Positions 12,925 through 26,800 of a stretch of 64,000 nt of DNA are shown one piece after another. The notes under the pieces are model-generated. The model saw nothing but the letters and a program-made list of their open reading frames with translations, did not search any database and had not been told where the DNA came from. The position numbers were made by a program, and so were the translations under genes. The DNA is from Ginglymostoma cirratum (taxonomy: Eukaryota). Every line of letters begins with the position of its first letter. Within the stretch, counting starts at the first letter, position 1. The DNA lies in the NCBI GenBank assembly GCA_024137785.1, contig JAHRHZ010000267.1:26128256-26192255 (forward strand), read 5' to 3'.

Positions 12925-15900
12925 CATCTATAAACAACATTTTATTTTGTTCATTTTCTCTTATTATACAGTACAGCTCTTAACAAAATCCTAAATCACT
13001 GTATATTGAAAGATTTTTGTTTTAAAACATTCATATTGATTTTTTATTCAAATTTGTGAAACACTACATTAAAAAAATAAGTGATACATTTAAAACAAAC
13101 CAAAGCAAAACTACCACCATTGTCTTCCCCTTTGTTCTGAATATAAACATTACTTTAACGACTTATAAAAATTATATACATCACTAGATATCCCTGTATT
13201 TACATCCCAATGTTTCTTAGGGCACTTGATAGAAAACTAACGTATAATTAAAAACGTTATGAGCCACAAGTTTAGTGTAAACTTTCCATCCAATAGTATA
13301 CAACCCCACACTGAATCTCCCATCGAAGTTAATTGTGCTGCAAGCTTCTTGTGCAACTTTCAAATTAATGTAAATTTAGTTAACTAATTATTTTTTAATT
13401 AAGTGTCTACAATATCAAGCTTTTTTATAGCTTCAAGAGGCTTAGGGTATTTTTAACTCCCTATTCTCTTTCACAGTGTTAGATCATTTTATCCATGCTA
13501 CTTCCTTGATTGACAGCCAGAATGGTCCAAGATGATATGTTGGACCAATAATCACTACTATCAATCTTGTTAACGTTTCACTTAAAATTTTTATGAATCA
13601 CACTCTCCCTACGACTTAACCAAATTGGTAAAATTCACTTTGGAGGATTTCTGAATGTCATTGTTAGTTAAGGACTGATCCAGTTCTCTCCCTTCCTTTC
13701 CTGAAAGTGATAACTCACATTGGGATTTTGGATAATTGTGAACCTATACAATAAAAGCAAAAAGAGGGCTGGGACTATTGGTCATATGCATCATTACCCT
13801 AACAGGCAATTTCTAGAACATATCGCTTGCTTAATTAGAACGTGGCTGAGATTTCTTTTCTTTCTTGCAGTCAAACACGGCAATTACACAGATTGATATT
13901 TGTTGACCCAACATCAAACCTGAGACTTTTCTGAGCTGGATGTTTCAGCACTGTAGCTGGCAAGATCCCCCCGACTCCCCAAATTAAATCTGAGTAACTT
14001 AATTCCTGAGAGGACTCAGCTCAATTCTTTGCATTTTCAGACAGAGACTTTGATGACTGCAGTATATCCATAACTTATACCCATAATCTAAAGTGTATTT
14101 CTTTCATGGACTGTGATAAGAGCATGTCATTAATTACCTTTTCAATTTCCCTATCTGTTGCCTTCAGCACTTATTCAAATGGCTCGAAAATAAAACAAAC
14201 ATGTGATTCCTTCCACTAATATTGCAAAACTTTCTTGCAATAAATTGCTGAGATACTTATGTTTAAAAGGACATCAGCAACATAAAGAAGAGTATCCATT
14301 ATCACTGTTTTAAGTAATACAAAGATTATATGAGGAAATGTATTGAACTTTGTTCATTACTACATTTCTTTAATCAGGATGATGATCAGTTCAATTTCTT
14401 GATAAAACTTCATAGACTCTAGCACTTGTGGAAACTAGTTGAATTGGTGCATTGGGATTTTAAAAAAGCTTCAAATCAGCCTTAATCCAAATCAGTTGAT
14501 CAAAATTATTTCAAATAGATAATCTTAAAAATAACGAGCAGTCAACAGTTGGAGGTATGATGCTTATGCTCACCAGTTACAATGGTTGGGGTAACCAATG
14601 ACAATTGTTGATTATAACATTTTTTCCACCATACATTACATCCAGAATTTTCTAAAAACTATTCTTCTTCACAATGTTGAGTACCAAAAACTAGTCTATA
14701 AGGCAAATTGTTGACATTCACATGGCACTCATCAATGAAATTAACATTTTAGCAATTCATATACATCAGAATAATAACAAGAGTAACAGTATATTTCAAG
14801 CTGGAATTCTTGGCACAAGATACAGAGGTAATGTTTGCTTCGATTTAATTCAGGGGTTAAACTGTGAATTAAGACATTTTTTTCTCAGCTTTAAGCATAA
14901 TTGCTTCACAATAGTGGATCATTGCAGGAAAGCTACATTTAATTTTTTTTAACTAAAAAACGAGCATGGAGTTTTAGGATGCACAAGCAAGTCTGGATGA
15001 TGCATTCTGCTGTTCAAACCTCTTGACTGAATGCACGATTGAAATGGGAAGCATTCCTAGTTCAGTTTATGCAGTTATTCTGGATTTTACTATGTTAGGC
15101 ATTACTGACATTGCAGGATAACATGAATTGTTTCTCTTGAATTTGTTAGTTGCATCTGATTTTGCCTACCTTCTCAAAAGCTTTAAAGCATTGTTTTGTC
15201 CAATACAGGGGGAAAAGTGATTGTTAATGATGTCACAATAAGAATGTTTAACGCATATATACTAAATTTATTAATTCAGTAAGTAAATTCAGCATCCTGA
15301 GCTCCTTGTGATGGAAGTGCAGGCCAAACACACAGCTACTGCTCTGTAGTGCTGATACTCAAAATGATGCTTCCATCAATGGAGGTTGATTTTGGAGGGA
15401 CAGCAGGATGGCTGACCAAACTCCCTGGTTCATATGTTCATATCAAATTTCACCAGGTGCTAACTTATTTAAAATAAACAAGTTAACCTTCTGTTGACTA
15501 GTATGGAGAAGAATAAGATCAAAATGTTGTTTGTATAATTACATTGCTTTCAGTCACTTTGAAGCTATCATGCTGCACTAGGTGCTATCTTGTTCTTTAA
15601 TTACAAAATGATTTAAGTACTGGAGTTAGTTAATTAAAATCCAAGTTTATTAAATGTAGAATGAATATCCTTGTATTGCTGATGATTAATTTATTTCCTT
15701 AACATCCTAATGATTTCTAAACAATCTTTCAGGCATAGAAGGTTTCTTTTCCAGGAAGTAAAAAATAAATAATACAAATTTTTTTTTTTGTAAATTAGAA
15801 GCTTTGCGTAATTGGTTTTCAGTTCACCAACTGTTTTTCTCCCAACAATATATCCTCTCAAATATGAAACTATTTCTCTTCTGTTTATGTGTTCGTATAT

Positions 15901-15989
15901 AAGTATGTATATGTGGGAATAATGGCAGTACTTTGTTCATTTGTACATTTTCAAAATCAGTCACACTCGTCTGGGCAACAGGATTTCGC
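12925..15989 (-). other. klf5l: Probable long 3'UTR of the KLF5-family gene
   Basis: AU-rich, nearly TE-free stretch after the stop codon. AATAAA (minus strand) at 12946-12941 and 13048-13043, with a U-rich tract downstream, and two TGTANATA motifs at 13180-13173 and 13204-13197. More proximal AATAAA hexamers also exist (about 15270, 15650, 15690), so the end is uncertain. Confidence 0.55.
12941..12946 (-). terminator. Candidate distal polyadenylation signal AATAAA
   Basis: Plus-strand tttatt; the minus strand continues ...aataaaatgttgtttatag... then ctctattcattttctt (U-rich). LINE sequence starts just beyond. Confidence 0.45.
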
Positions 15990-16268
<279 letters not shown>

Positions 16269-16579
16269 TTAATTACCATGTGAATTTCTCATGATACTTA
16301 CACTCAAGCTGGTATTTTCAACTGTTTGTAACCAACTAAATATTGACAAAAGCAGAAACCTGCCTGACGATCCTATTGATTGGCCTGAACTATTTTGAGG
16401 CCTGAACCTTATTCGAAAATATAATGATGAAATATGCATGCTGTCAGCACTTGTCCTGGCCAGACCTTTTAGCCAGACTTTAATTATTGCTGGCAAAGCT
16501 GCTTGCTGCCTGATACTAATGGGTAGACCATGCATATCTCAATAGCGTGTTACCCCAACATTTTCTTGAGACCCGATTT

Positions 16580-17305
16580 GTCTTTTTCAGGTTGGAAAAA
16601 TGTAACTAGTGACTGTCGCAAGGATCAATCCTAGGTCCTTAATTATTTACAAACTGTATTAATGACTTGGAGGAGGTGGGGCAGTCTGTAATGTATCCAA
16701 ATTTTCTGATGACACAAAAAGAGGTAGAGGGCATGTTGTGATGATGACATAATGTACAAGGGGATACAGATAGGTTGAGGGATCCAGCGAGCAAAAACTT
16801 GGTAGATGGAGTTTAATGTAGGAAAGTGTGAGGTTATGCACTTTTGTCGGTGGTAGCAAAAGACAGACATTTAAATGGACAGAGACTCCAAGAAAGTGCA
16901 GAGCAGAGACAGCAGCTCTTTGAAGGGTCGGTGAAGACTCAACAGGCTGTATGGCCTCTTTCTGCACTGTAGGGATTCTGTGTGGGGAAGATGATTCTAA
17001 TCATGGGGTAATTTCAAACTAAGCTTCAGAACAAGGGGACACTCAATTTATACTAAGATGGTAAGTTTTCTTTTCCCTTGGAGAGTAGTGGATGTCTGAA
17101 ATTCTTGACCCCAGGGTTTTGTGGAAGCTAGATTAATGAAAGCATTTTAAGAGGCAGTAGATATTTTTAAAAAAAACTATCAAAAGAGTTGATGAACTGG
17201 CATGAAAAGGGATTTGAGGCCTGGGGTAGATCAATCATGATCTTGTTGAGTGCTGGGACAGGGTTGATAGGCTTAATGGCCTACGCCTGCTCCTATTTCT
17301 TACAT
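16580..17305 (+). mobile_element. CR1 LINE fragments, old
   Basis: caaggatcaatcctaggtcct (QGSILGP), KFSDDTK, and tggtagatggagtttaatgtaggaaagtgtgaggttatgcacttt (W.MEFNVGKCEVMHF). Confidence 0.78.
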
Positions 17306-19419
17306 TTGTATTGAGTCAAAGCAACCTGATTACGATATTAAACTTTAGGTTCCTGTATGAAAGAGTTGGTTGCTTAGACAACTCAGGAAGAGGTCCCAAG
17401 GAACATGAGAGAGTGCAGGAATGGGACAGTAAGTATATTTCTGTAATTTTTCACGTCATAATATCTAATTTCCACTGAATAGTGGAAGTTAAAATTGATG
17501 CTGTAATTATATAATAAAATGCTATTTTTATTTTTTAAAAAGGTACATCTAGAAATAGCTGAGATTTTACAAGTTGCCTTCCTTTAAAATCAAATAGCCA
17601 ATACCACACCTCTACGATCAGTATTGTAACAGGTTACGTGGAGGTACAGTCAAGCCTCCCATTGCTATCAGGCGATATGCCAGCAGCAGGAAGGCAGTAA
17701 GATAAACTGCTGAACCATTTAAGGCCAATTATCCCTGAGTGTAACCAAATTTAGTAGTGGTTGATGGATTAAACATGACTTATATAGCTTTCCCATGGCT
17801 CCTGAAGTCCACCTAGTTGCCTCTGGAAGATGTGGCATTGGGAAAAGCGCAACCATGCCGTACTCTCTACCTCCCCCTATCCAACCCATCTTAACTCACC
17901 TACTCTTGAGATCCAGCACTGATCTTGGGACAGGGCCTCAATGTATTACAGCAGTGGCCACCACTTTTAGTGGTTTTACAGGTGACAGAGAGCTAACAGT
18001 CTCTTGACCAGCCAGCAACTCTCAGGGATGGGATTTCTGACTTAGTGGGAGCCTGTTTGTGTGAAAAATCAGACATGGTCAGACTAAGTGTCTGATCAGG
18101 CATTTCGTTGCCTTGATTCTCCCCATTGGAAGTGACGTGGATTTCCCATCAGTCTCCAACTGGCCTCTGGAACAAAATCAAGCCTGGTTCTTCACTATCT
18201 TTCCTTTTCAATAAGAGAACAAATGATAGATCCTAATTCTTATAACCAGAAAAGCACAAGCCAACATTTGTGCCTCGTCAGCAAGTGCTGGCAGCTTATC
18301 AGACATGTACAGCTAGCCTGATCCTGTCTTTTTCTAATATCCACCCGCATGTACAGCCACTAGGAGTGTAGTGATAGACATGAAATACCTAGCCAAATAT
18401 TTCCTTTCTCCAACTAAATGCTGTTGAAAACAAATACAGAGGTTTTAACATTTCCTGGGCTGAGATCAATTAAGTTAGCAAAGTCAATGAATGTGGAATC
18501 TATTGTTCACTGCGAACAGTAATTTCTTCAAAGCCACTGGGGCTACTTGCAAAAAAGTATATAGTTTGGATATAACTTGAGGGAAGGATTTGCATTCAAA
18601 TATTGTTTGTCCTATATACAAAACAGAGTCTAGCTATTCCATTGCGCGAATTGACAGGCATAATTCAAGCAGCTTTAGAAGCAATCAAATTTCAAGGGAA
18701 TGCCATGGCCTAATGCCAGTCGACTGACGTCGGATGAAAATGTATGAAACCGTGTATGTCCAGAGCTAGTTTATGTTTCTGATAATACAACAATGCTTGC
18801 ACAGTATTGCCAGGTATGTTACCTGACAGGAAAATTATAACAAAGCTCATTTAATTATGTGGATGAAAATAATAGGGCTTTTGAGATTCCATGTACTGAT
18901 AAAACTGTAATATATACACAGTTTTGTTCACCATTAGAACAGGAGATAGAGTTAGATTGACAAGTGAGGTGGCAGCTGGGTAATTTAGTTCACACACTGT
19001 CCGATTGGATGAAACAGAAAATCATCTGTCAATGGTAGAATAAAAATGCTGGATTTATCAGTAACCTCCTGGATCTTTAAGCATTCTGCTGGGCAGATCG
19101 GAAGATCTTTAGTTTAAATCGTGGTATGTGTAGCTGCCCACGGAACCATACCTCACCTAGTGTCAGCAGGAATCGAATCCTTTCATTCTGGAGTTAAGAT
19201 GTTATCCATAAGGCCTGCTGGCCTCTGATTGGCTGGCAGCTCTTGATGGTGTGACTTTCGCCCCCAGGGATTTGATTTTAAAGAAAGACTGTCTTCTGAA
19301 CAGCCTGAATAGAAGAAGATAGGACAGGGTAGACCTAGCCCTCAAGTGTTAGCTCAGGTGTCTCAGAACCTTTTGAACAAGGTAACAAGACACTTGCCAA
19401 AACCAGAAGATTCTACCCA

Positions 19420-19795
19420 AGATGTCAACTGGGTAGCTCTTTTGCCCAGATGAGGATGTAAGTTCAAGTGCCACTGCAACACAAAATCCAGGCTGAAACT
19501 GATAGAGTGCTTTCACCTTCACTGGCGTGGTCATCTTTCAGTTTACCCATTAAGCTGAGGCTATTTTTGCTCTCTTTGAGGAATGTAAAACATTCCTTGG
19601 AGCTGTTTCAAAGAAGAGCAGAACAGTTTCTCCTTTTATAAATTGATCAATCAACATCCTTAAAAAATATTCAGGTCATTATTACAATGCTATCTGTGAG
19701 ATTTGGTTGTGTACAAATTGGGTATTGTGTTTCCACAAAACACCATGGACTAGAAAATCAGGGGTAGTTAATTAGCTGGAAAGCACTTTAAGATC
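19420..19795 (+). mobile_element. Ancient SINE (DeuSINE/SacSINE-like); similar copy at ~56420-56700
   Basis: Degenerate B box gttcaagtgcc and Deu-like tcaaagaagagcag..tttctcc. Recognised from memory only. Confidence 0.45.
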
Positions 19796-19796
19796 T

Positions 19797-20104
19797 CATC
19801 ACAGAACCCCATAGTGTGGAAACAGGCTGTTCGGCCCAACAAATCCACACTGACCCTCCCACTCAGACCCATCCCCCTAAATCTGCATTTTCCAAAGTTA
19901 ATGCATCTAACCTTGAAAAGTAGCATGGTCAATCCATCTAACCTGCATATTTTTGGACTGTGGCAGGAAACCAGAACAGCTGGCAAAACCAATGCAGACA
20001 TGGGGAGAACATGCAAACTCTACACAGACAGTTGACTAAGGCTGGAATTGAACCCAGGTCCTTGGCATTGTGAGGTAGCAGTGCTAACCACTCAGCCACC
20101 ATGC
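19797..20104 (-). mobile_element. tRNA-derived SINE (HE1-like shark SINE)
   Basis: Minus strand tggctgagtggttagcact (A box), gggttcaattcc (B box), core tgtagagtttgcatgttctcccc and a CR1-like tail. Confidence 0.88.
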
Positions 20105-20469
20105 TTTCTCCACAGGTTATGAACAACACTATTGAAATGAAAGTCTTTATTTTTGTGTAGTGCTTACAAAAGTGGGTACAGCAAAAATAAAAAAAAACAT
20201 AAGTACTGGTTTGAACATAACTATCAACCTTGGACACCAAAGCAACAGCAAAATCTTAGAATCATAGAATGGATTAAAGTCCAGAAGGAGGCTATTCATC
20301 CTACTGTGTTCATGCTGGCCCTCTGTAACTCAGCCAGTCCAACTACCCTGAACCTTTTCACACACACTGCCTTGCAAATTTTCCCTGTTTAGGTGCTTAT
20401 CCAATTCCTTTCAGAAATTGAATGTATTTCCATTACACTCTCAGTGCAATCCAGGTTATAACCTTTTTG

Positions 20470-20978
20470 AGTCATAGATTCATACAGTACAGAAACTGAC
20501 CCTTCAATCCAACTTGCCTGTGCCAACCAGAAATCCCAGTCTGACCTAATCGCATTTGCCAGCATTTGGCCCATATCCCTCTAAATCCTTCCTATTCACA
20601 TACCCATCCAGATGCCTTTTAAATATTGTTATTGTACAAGCCTCCACCATTTCCTCTGACAGCTTGTCCCACACATGCTTCACCCTCTCCATGGAAAATG
20701 TTACTCCTCAGATCCTTCTTTAAATCTTTCCCCTTGCACCTTAAACCTATGTCCGCTACTTTTGGACTTTCCCACCTAGGAAAAAGACCTTGGCTATTCA
20801 CCCTATCCATGCCTTTCATGATTTTATAAACCTCTATAAGGTCATCCCTCAGCCTCTGATGCTCCACGCGAAAAAAGCCCCAACCTATTCTGCCTCTCTC
20901 TATGACTCAAATCTTCAGTCTTGGCAACATCCTTGTAAATATTTTTTGCACCCTTTCAAGTTTAACAACATCCTTCTG
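20470..20978 (-). mobile_element. Younger CR1 3' fragment nested in an older minus-strand CR1 (~20255-21990)
   Basis: ORF RLRDDLIEVYKIMKGMDRVNSQGLFPR, same subfamily as 1-1090. The older flanks include KSCLINLIEHF. Confidence 0.85.
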
Positions 20979-22012
20979 TCTTTCCTCATGCCGCTGTTGT
21001 TCATTTGCTCTTCGTCTTAAATTGATGTCTTCTGGTTGTTGACTTTTCTGCCAATAGGATTTTTTTTTATATGTAGTCTCTCTCTAGACTCCTCATTATT
21101 TTGAGCAACTCTATCAAATATCCTCTCTCCTTCTGTTTTCTAAAGGAAACAATCCCAATCTCTAGAACATATCCATATAACTGAAGTTGCTCTTCAATGC
21201 AGCAATTCATGTGAATCTTTTCTGCACCCTGCCCAACAATTTAATTCACATCCTTCCTGAACTTCAGTGGCCAGAATTGGAAATGTTTCTCCAAATGAGC
21301 CTGAACCAGTATTTCATGAAAGATTAATTTAGTTTCCCTGCTTTTTTATTTTATGCCCAAGGTTTCATACACCTTGTTAACCAGTTGCTTAACCTGTCCA
21401 GCTACCTTTAAGGATTTGTGTACAAACCACCACCCCACCAACCGGATCTCTGTTTTTGGCCCTTTTAGAATTTTGCTCTTTATTATAACTTACCTCATTT
21501 TTATCATTTTTCACTTATATGCAATAAAAATCCTCTTCCACCTCTCCACCCTTGCATCAGCCCTCATAATGTTTATCAATATCCTTCTTATACTGTACTT
21601 CTAACTTCAGTGTAATCTGCAAATATTGACACTGTGCTCTGTGCACTCAAAGAAAAGCAATGGCTCTAGTATCGACTTTTGGGGAGTTATACTGTATACC
21701 ATTCTCCAGTCTGAAAGACAACTGTTCTCCACTACTTTGTTTCCTGTCACTCAGCCAACTGGGTATCTGAACTGCCAGTGTCATTTTCATTCCATGGCTT
21801 TCAATTTTGCTGACAAGCTTATTACCTTTTGAAATCCATATGCAACACCTCAACTGTATCCCATTGCTACCTATCTTATCCCATTGCTACCTCATCAAAA
21901 ATGCTCAATCAAGTTGATTAAGCATGACTTATCTATAAAAATTCTGTTCTGGTGTTCCTCCATATTAAACCACACTTGTGCACTGTTAATTTGGTCCAAT
22001 TGGAACAGGCTA

Positions 22013-22135
22013 GAAAGGCTCTTGTGGTGCAGTGGTAACGTCCTTACCTCTAGGCTGTGAGGTCTGGGTTCAAGTCCCAACTATTTCAGAGGAGTTTAGT
22101 AACATCTCTAAATAAATTGATCCAAAAAAATCAAC
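22013..22135 (+). mobile_element. Short tRNA-derived SINE (123 bp); second copy at ~42485-42610 (-)
   Basis: A box tggtgcagtgg, B box gggttcaagtccc, A-rich tail. Perfect 13-bp TSD ttggaacaggcta at 22000-22012 and 22136-22148. Confidence 0.85.
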
Positions 22136-23628
22136 TTGGAACAGGCTAAATGAGGACTTTTTTTTCTGTTGAAGGTGCATTGCATATCATGGGTCTCTGT
22201 AAATAAAGATTCTAATTGAATAAAAACTAAGTCCCAGAATGCCATCCTTCAATATGGACTATCAGAATTTTGACCACAGTTAGCAACAAGGAATCAAGAG
22301 TTTCACCTGGCAAAAAAAAAGGAAGATGGAAAGAAACAACAGCTGAAGACAAAATTCTTTGGAGATAGCCACAAAGGTCTGGTTTTGTACATCATCAATT
22401 TTGAGAACTGAACTACTAGTTGCTACTGGGTAGGTGGCTTCTTTTGCATCAAATCACAAGCCCATTAATTACTTCTGTTCTTGGATTACTTGTATTTATT
22501 GAATGTTAATGTTCGTACCAATGGTTGTGTGGACAGCTGTATTATTACTTGATTTATTATTGTGCTCATGTATGAAAAGAAGGCAGGAAAGGGTTATTGG
22601 GGTCATCATTGTGTACAGCCCAGCTGCTGGACAATGCAATGCTGTATACTACGCTCAATCATTAGTAATACTAACTCTTGTGGAAGTTTGATATAGACTT
22701 CTGAGATTATCATCACGATTTACTGTTTAAACAAAATATTTAAAACGGTAGTAGGAAGAGGAAAGAATGTTAGTATCAATCAGCAATTTTTGAATTTTAA
22801 AATGACTGACGCTTTCGCATTACCTCATGCACTGCCACTCTCAGAAGTCACACATGTGAACCCTTCGATTTTTAAGTTGCAAAGGCTATTGATCTCCCTT
22901 TACATAATTAGATTTTTCTCCATTCATCACATTTGTTTGCGTTTCCTATTAAGCACCATGAGGTAGAAATTCCTGACAACAGAACAATGGCAAGAAAATC
23001 TATCTGGCCACTCTGCCTCTTTGTTAGAAAGACCAATACATAAAGGTCAAATAATGAGCCTCTTTGGAATAGGTTCTACTCAAGTCAACAGATACTTTAT
23101 AAATAGAAGAAAACGCTAAGGTGAATGGCTTTTTTGCACCAAGGTGTGGTCCAAATATTAGCACAGTTTTCAGATAGTAGGAATAATAAAGCTGAGTGAA
23201 GGAAATTCAGAGGTACTTTGGACCTCAAATATTTGCTTTTTATATGACTAGTTTGTTTTTATAAAAATATGTCCCTTCAATTATTTCCTTTTATTGAAAA
23301 ATGGTAATCGTCTAATGAGCACCATTGAGTTTCAAACAAAACTAAACATTCTGTTTGATATGAGTAATTCCAGGGGAGAGTCTGAGTTCTCGGGTGAAAC
23401 ATGAGAGTGTATAAACAATCAATAATACAGCGATTGGTTCACAGAGTAAATAGATTGCAGCACAAACACTAGCAAGGCCCCCTGGTTTCCCACCATTCAG
23501 TCCCAGAATAAAAAGAGATAGAGAAAGGAGGTTGGAATACATCTGGTGGATTTCTACTAAGTGGTTGCTGCAGAAAAATGGAAATGACTAGATCCGGTTT
23601 GATTCAATGACCCTCCTGATGTTCATAC

Positions 23629-23844
23629 TGAAATAACTCCACAGCGGCTGGTATCCCATCCCCATTCACCCTTTATTTACACATGGAGAGTCCTGGACAC
23701 TGATCCAGCCTATGCAGAGTGACCAGAACCTCTGACAATCCTGTTTTTATCTGTCAGCCAGGGCTCACCGATTGGACCAGATTAACAGCCCCAATCAGGG
23801 AACTCATATTCTATGAGGTCCCTCTTGCTGAATTCGTTGCTACA
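23629..23844 (-). mobile_element. Probable solo LTR (~216 bp)
   Basis: TG...CA ends (tgtagc...ttatttca). CCAAT boxes, TATA-like gataaaaa and AATAAA occur in promoter-to-polyA order. The TSD is imperfect (catac/catgt). Confidence 0.55.
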
Positions 23845-26800
23845 CATGTGCATCACTTACACATATGTTCTTGCCAGAATCTGAAAGTCCATGTATGGGG
23901 CATGTTCTCTCTGTGAATCATTAATCAGGCATCTACTTCTAGGGAGAACAGAACAGAAGGAGATTTGAAAATAATATCTGAACTTCGGATGTAGCAGTAG
24001 CCTTTTTATAATGATACGAACAGCACAGAAATGAACTATTTGACATAACTGGCCCATGCTAGTGTTCATTCTCCACAATAGCCTCTTCCCAATCCTATTT
24101 CCCTTTTTAGGTAAGTGCTTATAACTTTTCTGTTTAGAAATTGCTGCTCCCATTCACTCCTAATTTTCTTTTGCTTAAGGTGATGAACTCTCCCATATGA
24201 AGTCTCCTGGAATGGAAGATGAATCTCATGGGCACTGCTTCTATTCATCTAGAAGAAAAGTAAAGCTTTCTGCCATTGGTTTGTAACTTCATGTTTTCTT
24301 CTCTGTGACTCTGATCCAAGTCTCCAGCAGATCTTTCTAATCCTCTCTAATTTCTGGGCTTACATACAACATAGACTGCAGTGCACTCTCTTGTTTTGCT
24401 CAACATGTCAAGAAGTCCCCTTGCCTCTTGCACGCCGCTCCAAGTTTCAATGTTCAATGGACAGACCCCAGGACATTACTCACCCCAGACCTCTGACCTA
24501 CGTTGAAGAACAGAACTGGACATGTTTGACCAGACCTCTGACCGCTGTGTTTGATCTCCCCAATGGATGATGCACGATTCCCCTGACTCTTGTGATGGCC
24601 TTACAGAACTGACCATTGGCTGTACCATCAGTTGCAGTCGGACATATCCCCTGACCATGGTCAGCCCAACTAGACCACAAACTGTGGCCATACCCAAGGA
24701 CTGTGTGTTTTATTGATAGCAACAAGATCCCCTGACAGACAGTAGCTTCCCTTTGACTGGACTGAGACTAGTCCCTACCCACTTCCCAACATGACCATTT
24801 AGTTGAATAAACATGCATTGTGTTGCTGTACAGGCAGCTAGGACATGCTGTAGGTGTTAGATTTGCACCTTGGTCTGCCATATAGCAAGATGGACTCTCC
24901 CACCCTCGATCCCTACTGACCAACAGATTATCTCTATGTCTGTGCAAAAGAGCACATCAACATGGCAGCACTGGTAGCTTGTGGCTCTGGCTTGAGTATC
25001 AATGTGCCAATAGACTTGGCATGGGAAGGCATGAGTATTGCCAGAAAGAGCTAAGACAGCAAGCCAGCAGCCTTGAGATGCAGCCTGGTTCAGTCTGTAA
25101 GCTGGATGCCTGTCTGTGTGTGCAAAGTGACCTTGCAGCAAACTTTCGATGCTGGTTGCCAGCACACCCTACAATGCAGATCTTTGCTTCATAAGCAGCT
25201 TGCGAGCGGTTCCAAGAGGTGCTATGAGGATCATGAGGGGTTGGTAAATGTTGGATGCCAGTGTCCATGGATGAGTGGTGCATGTAGCTGCAGTCCATGA
25301 GATGCTGCTTGGCGCTGAGCAACATGGAAGTTTCTTGCAGCCAGTGGCAAGCTGAAGCTGGCAGTTGCTCTGATATTGATGTAGAGAATTCTCAATGCCT
25401 AGCTTGTTCAGGGTACTTGGTAAGATAGAGAGTTGAAAATTAATAAAGCAAGTTATGCTGTTAGTAAGGCCTTTAACAATCTATAATTGCTCTGAATTGG
25501 CAACTGACCACGCGTAATAAGAAACCCACCTCAATTCGGATCTGTAAAAGATGCAGTAAATTGCTCCTGACAATGTGATAGGACTCAGCGGACTTCTCAA
25601 GTGAATCTGCCACAAATCTTGCCATAGCCCATGTCAGTTAGGCCCCTATAAGATTCAGCTATGAGGTTTTCTACCCTTCTAGATGTCTGGGAGTATTCAG
25701 GAATAGTAGATTCCTCCTCCCTGCCACTTGCCCCCAAATCAATTCAACCCAAGAAATGTGATGAACAATCTAAAAGAGTGGTATAATTTTCAGCCTGTGT
25801 ATTTCCTTCATCTGCTCGGGGAGACCTGATTCTCTAAATTCCTTGTATTTTAGCTGCTCACGTTATCTGTAAGTAAAAGATACCCAATTACTGAAGATTC
25901 AATCATTGTAAGCTAAATGCATAACATTTACAAACTGTAGAAAATCTCTGTTATAAGACATCATGTGCTATGTGACCAAATGCCATATGATCAAATTTCA
26001 CTTCAAGCATGATTCATCTAATCAGAGTTGGCAACTCTATCAATCAATAGATCACTATGCCAATTGTTATTCCCACAATTTAGTAACATTGACAGTCTCC
26101 CACCCATTTGTCTAATTTTCTAGTTTCCGATAACCATATGAAACTTGGATCTAAGAGACAAAAATACACTCAAAACACTAATTTGAAAAACAAATGTCAG
26201 CAGTGCCTTCCTGTACTGTAGGCTAGAAAGCGCGGAGTAATTAATAGCATTTCCTGAAGAAATCCTAGACCTTAATCCCATAATTAGCCTCTTCTGCAGT
26301 AGATCTCCAGCAAAGAAGAGTCATTACTCCATGCTATTCTGTGTTATAGTTGTATTAAAAATCGAATCGAATCAATAGGTTAGCACTAAGATAATGAATT
26401 TAAATCAAATATTGAACTTTGTCAAATTCAACTTCTCAGGGGAGTAAAACTAAGCATTTTAAACATACTTTGTCAATGTGAACTCTTAATTGGTGGGTAT
26501 ATATGTTCTGATATATATTTAAATACCAATTGATTGTGACTGTCTCAAGGTCATTCTTCGAACTACCCAAATAGAATACTTTAAACAATGTTACATTGCT
26601 AATCACGCTATCTGAATAACTGTGTTGAATAATCTGTGTTGCTCTTTAATTCATCTGCTCAAAAGTGTAACACGCAATTAATATTTATGGAACCTTTGAT
26701 ATTAACCTTGGCTTCTTTAATTTAAAAACTGTATATGTGTAACTCCTTACGACATTCCTTTATAAGAGTAAACAAAAGAAAAGGTCTTGGTCAAATGCCA

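Noticed and set aside
22013-22090. tRNA gene
   Set aside because: A and B boxes are present, but it has a SINE body, an A-rich tail, a TSD and a second diverged copy; no clean cloverleaf.
24476-25325. Cluster of 70-108 aa overlapping ORFs
   Set aside because: No recognisable domain or exon structure; more likely decayed transposon interior.
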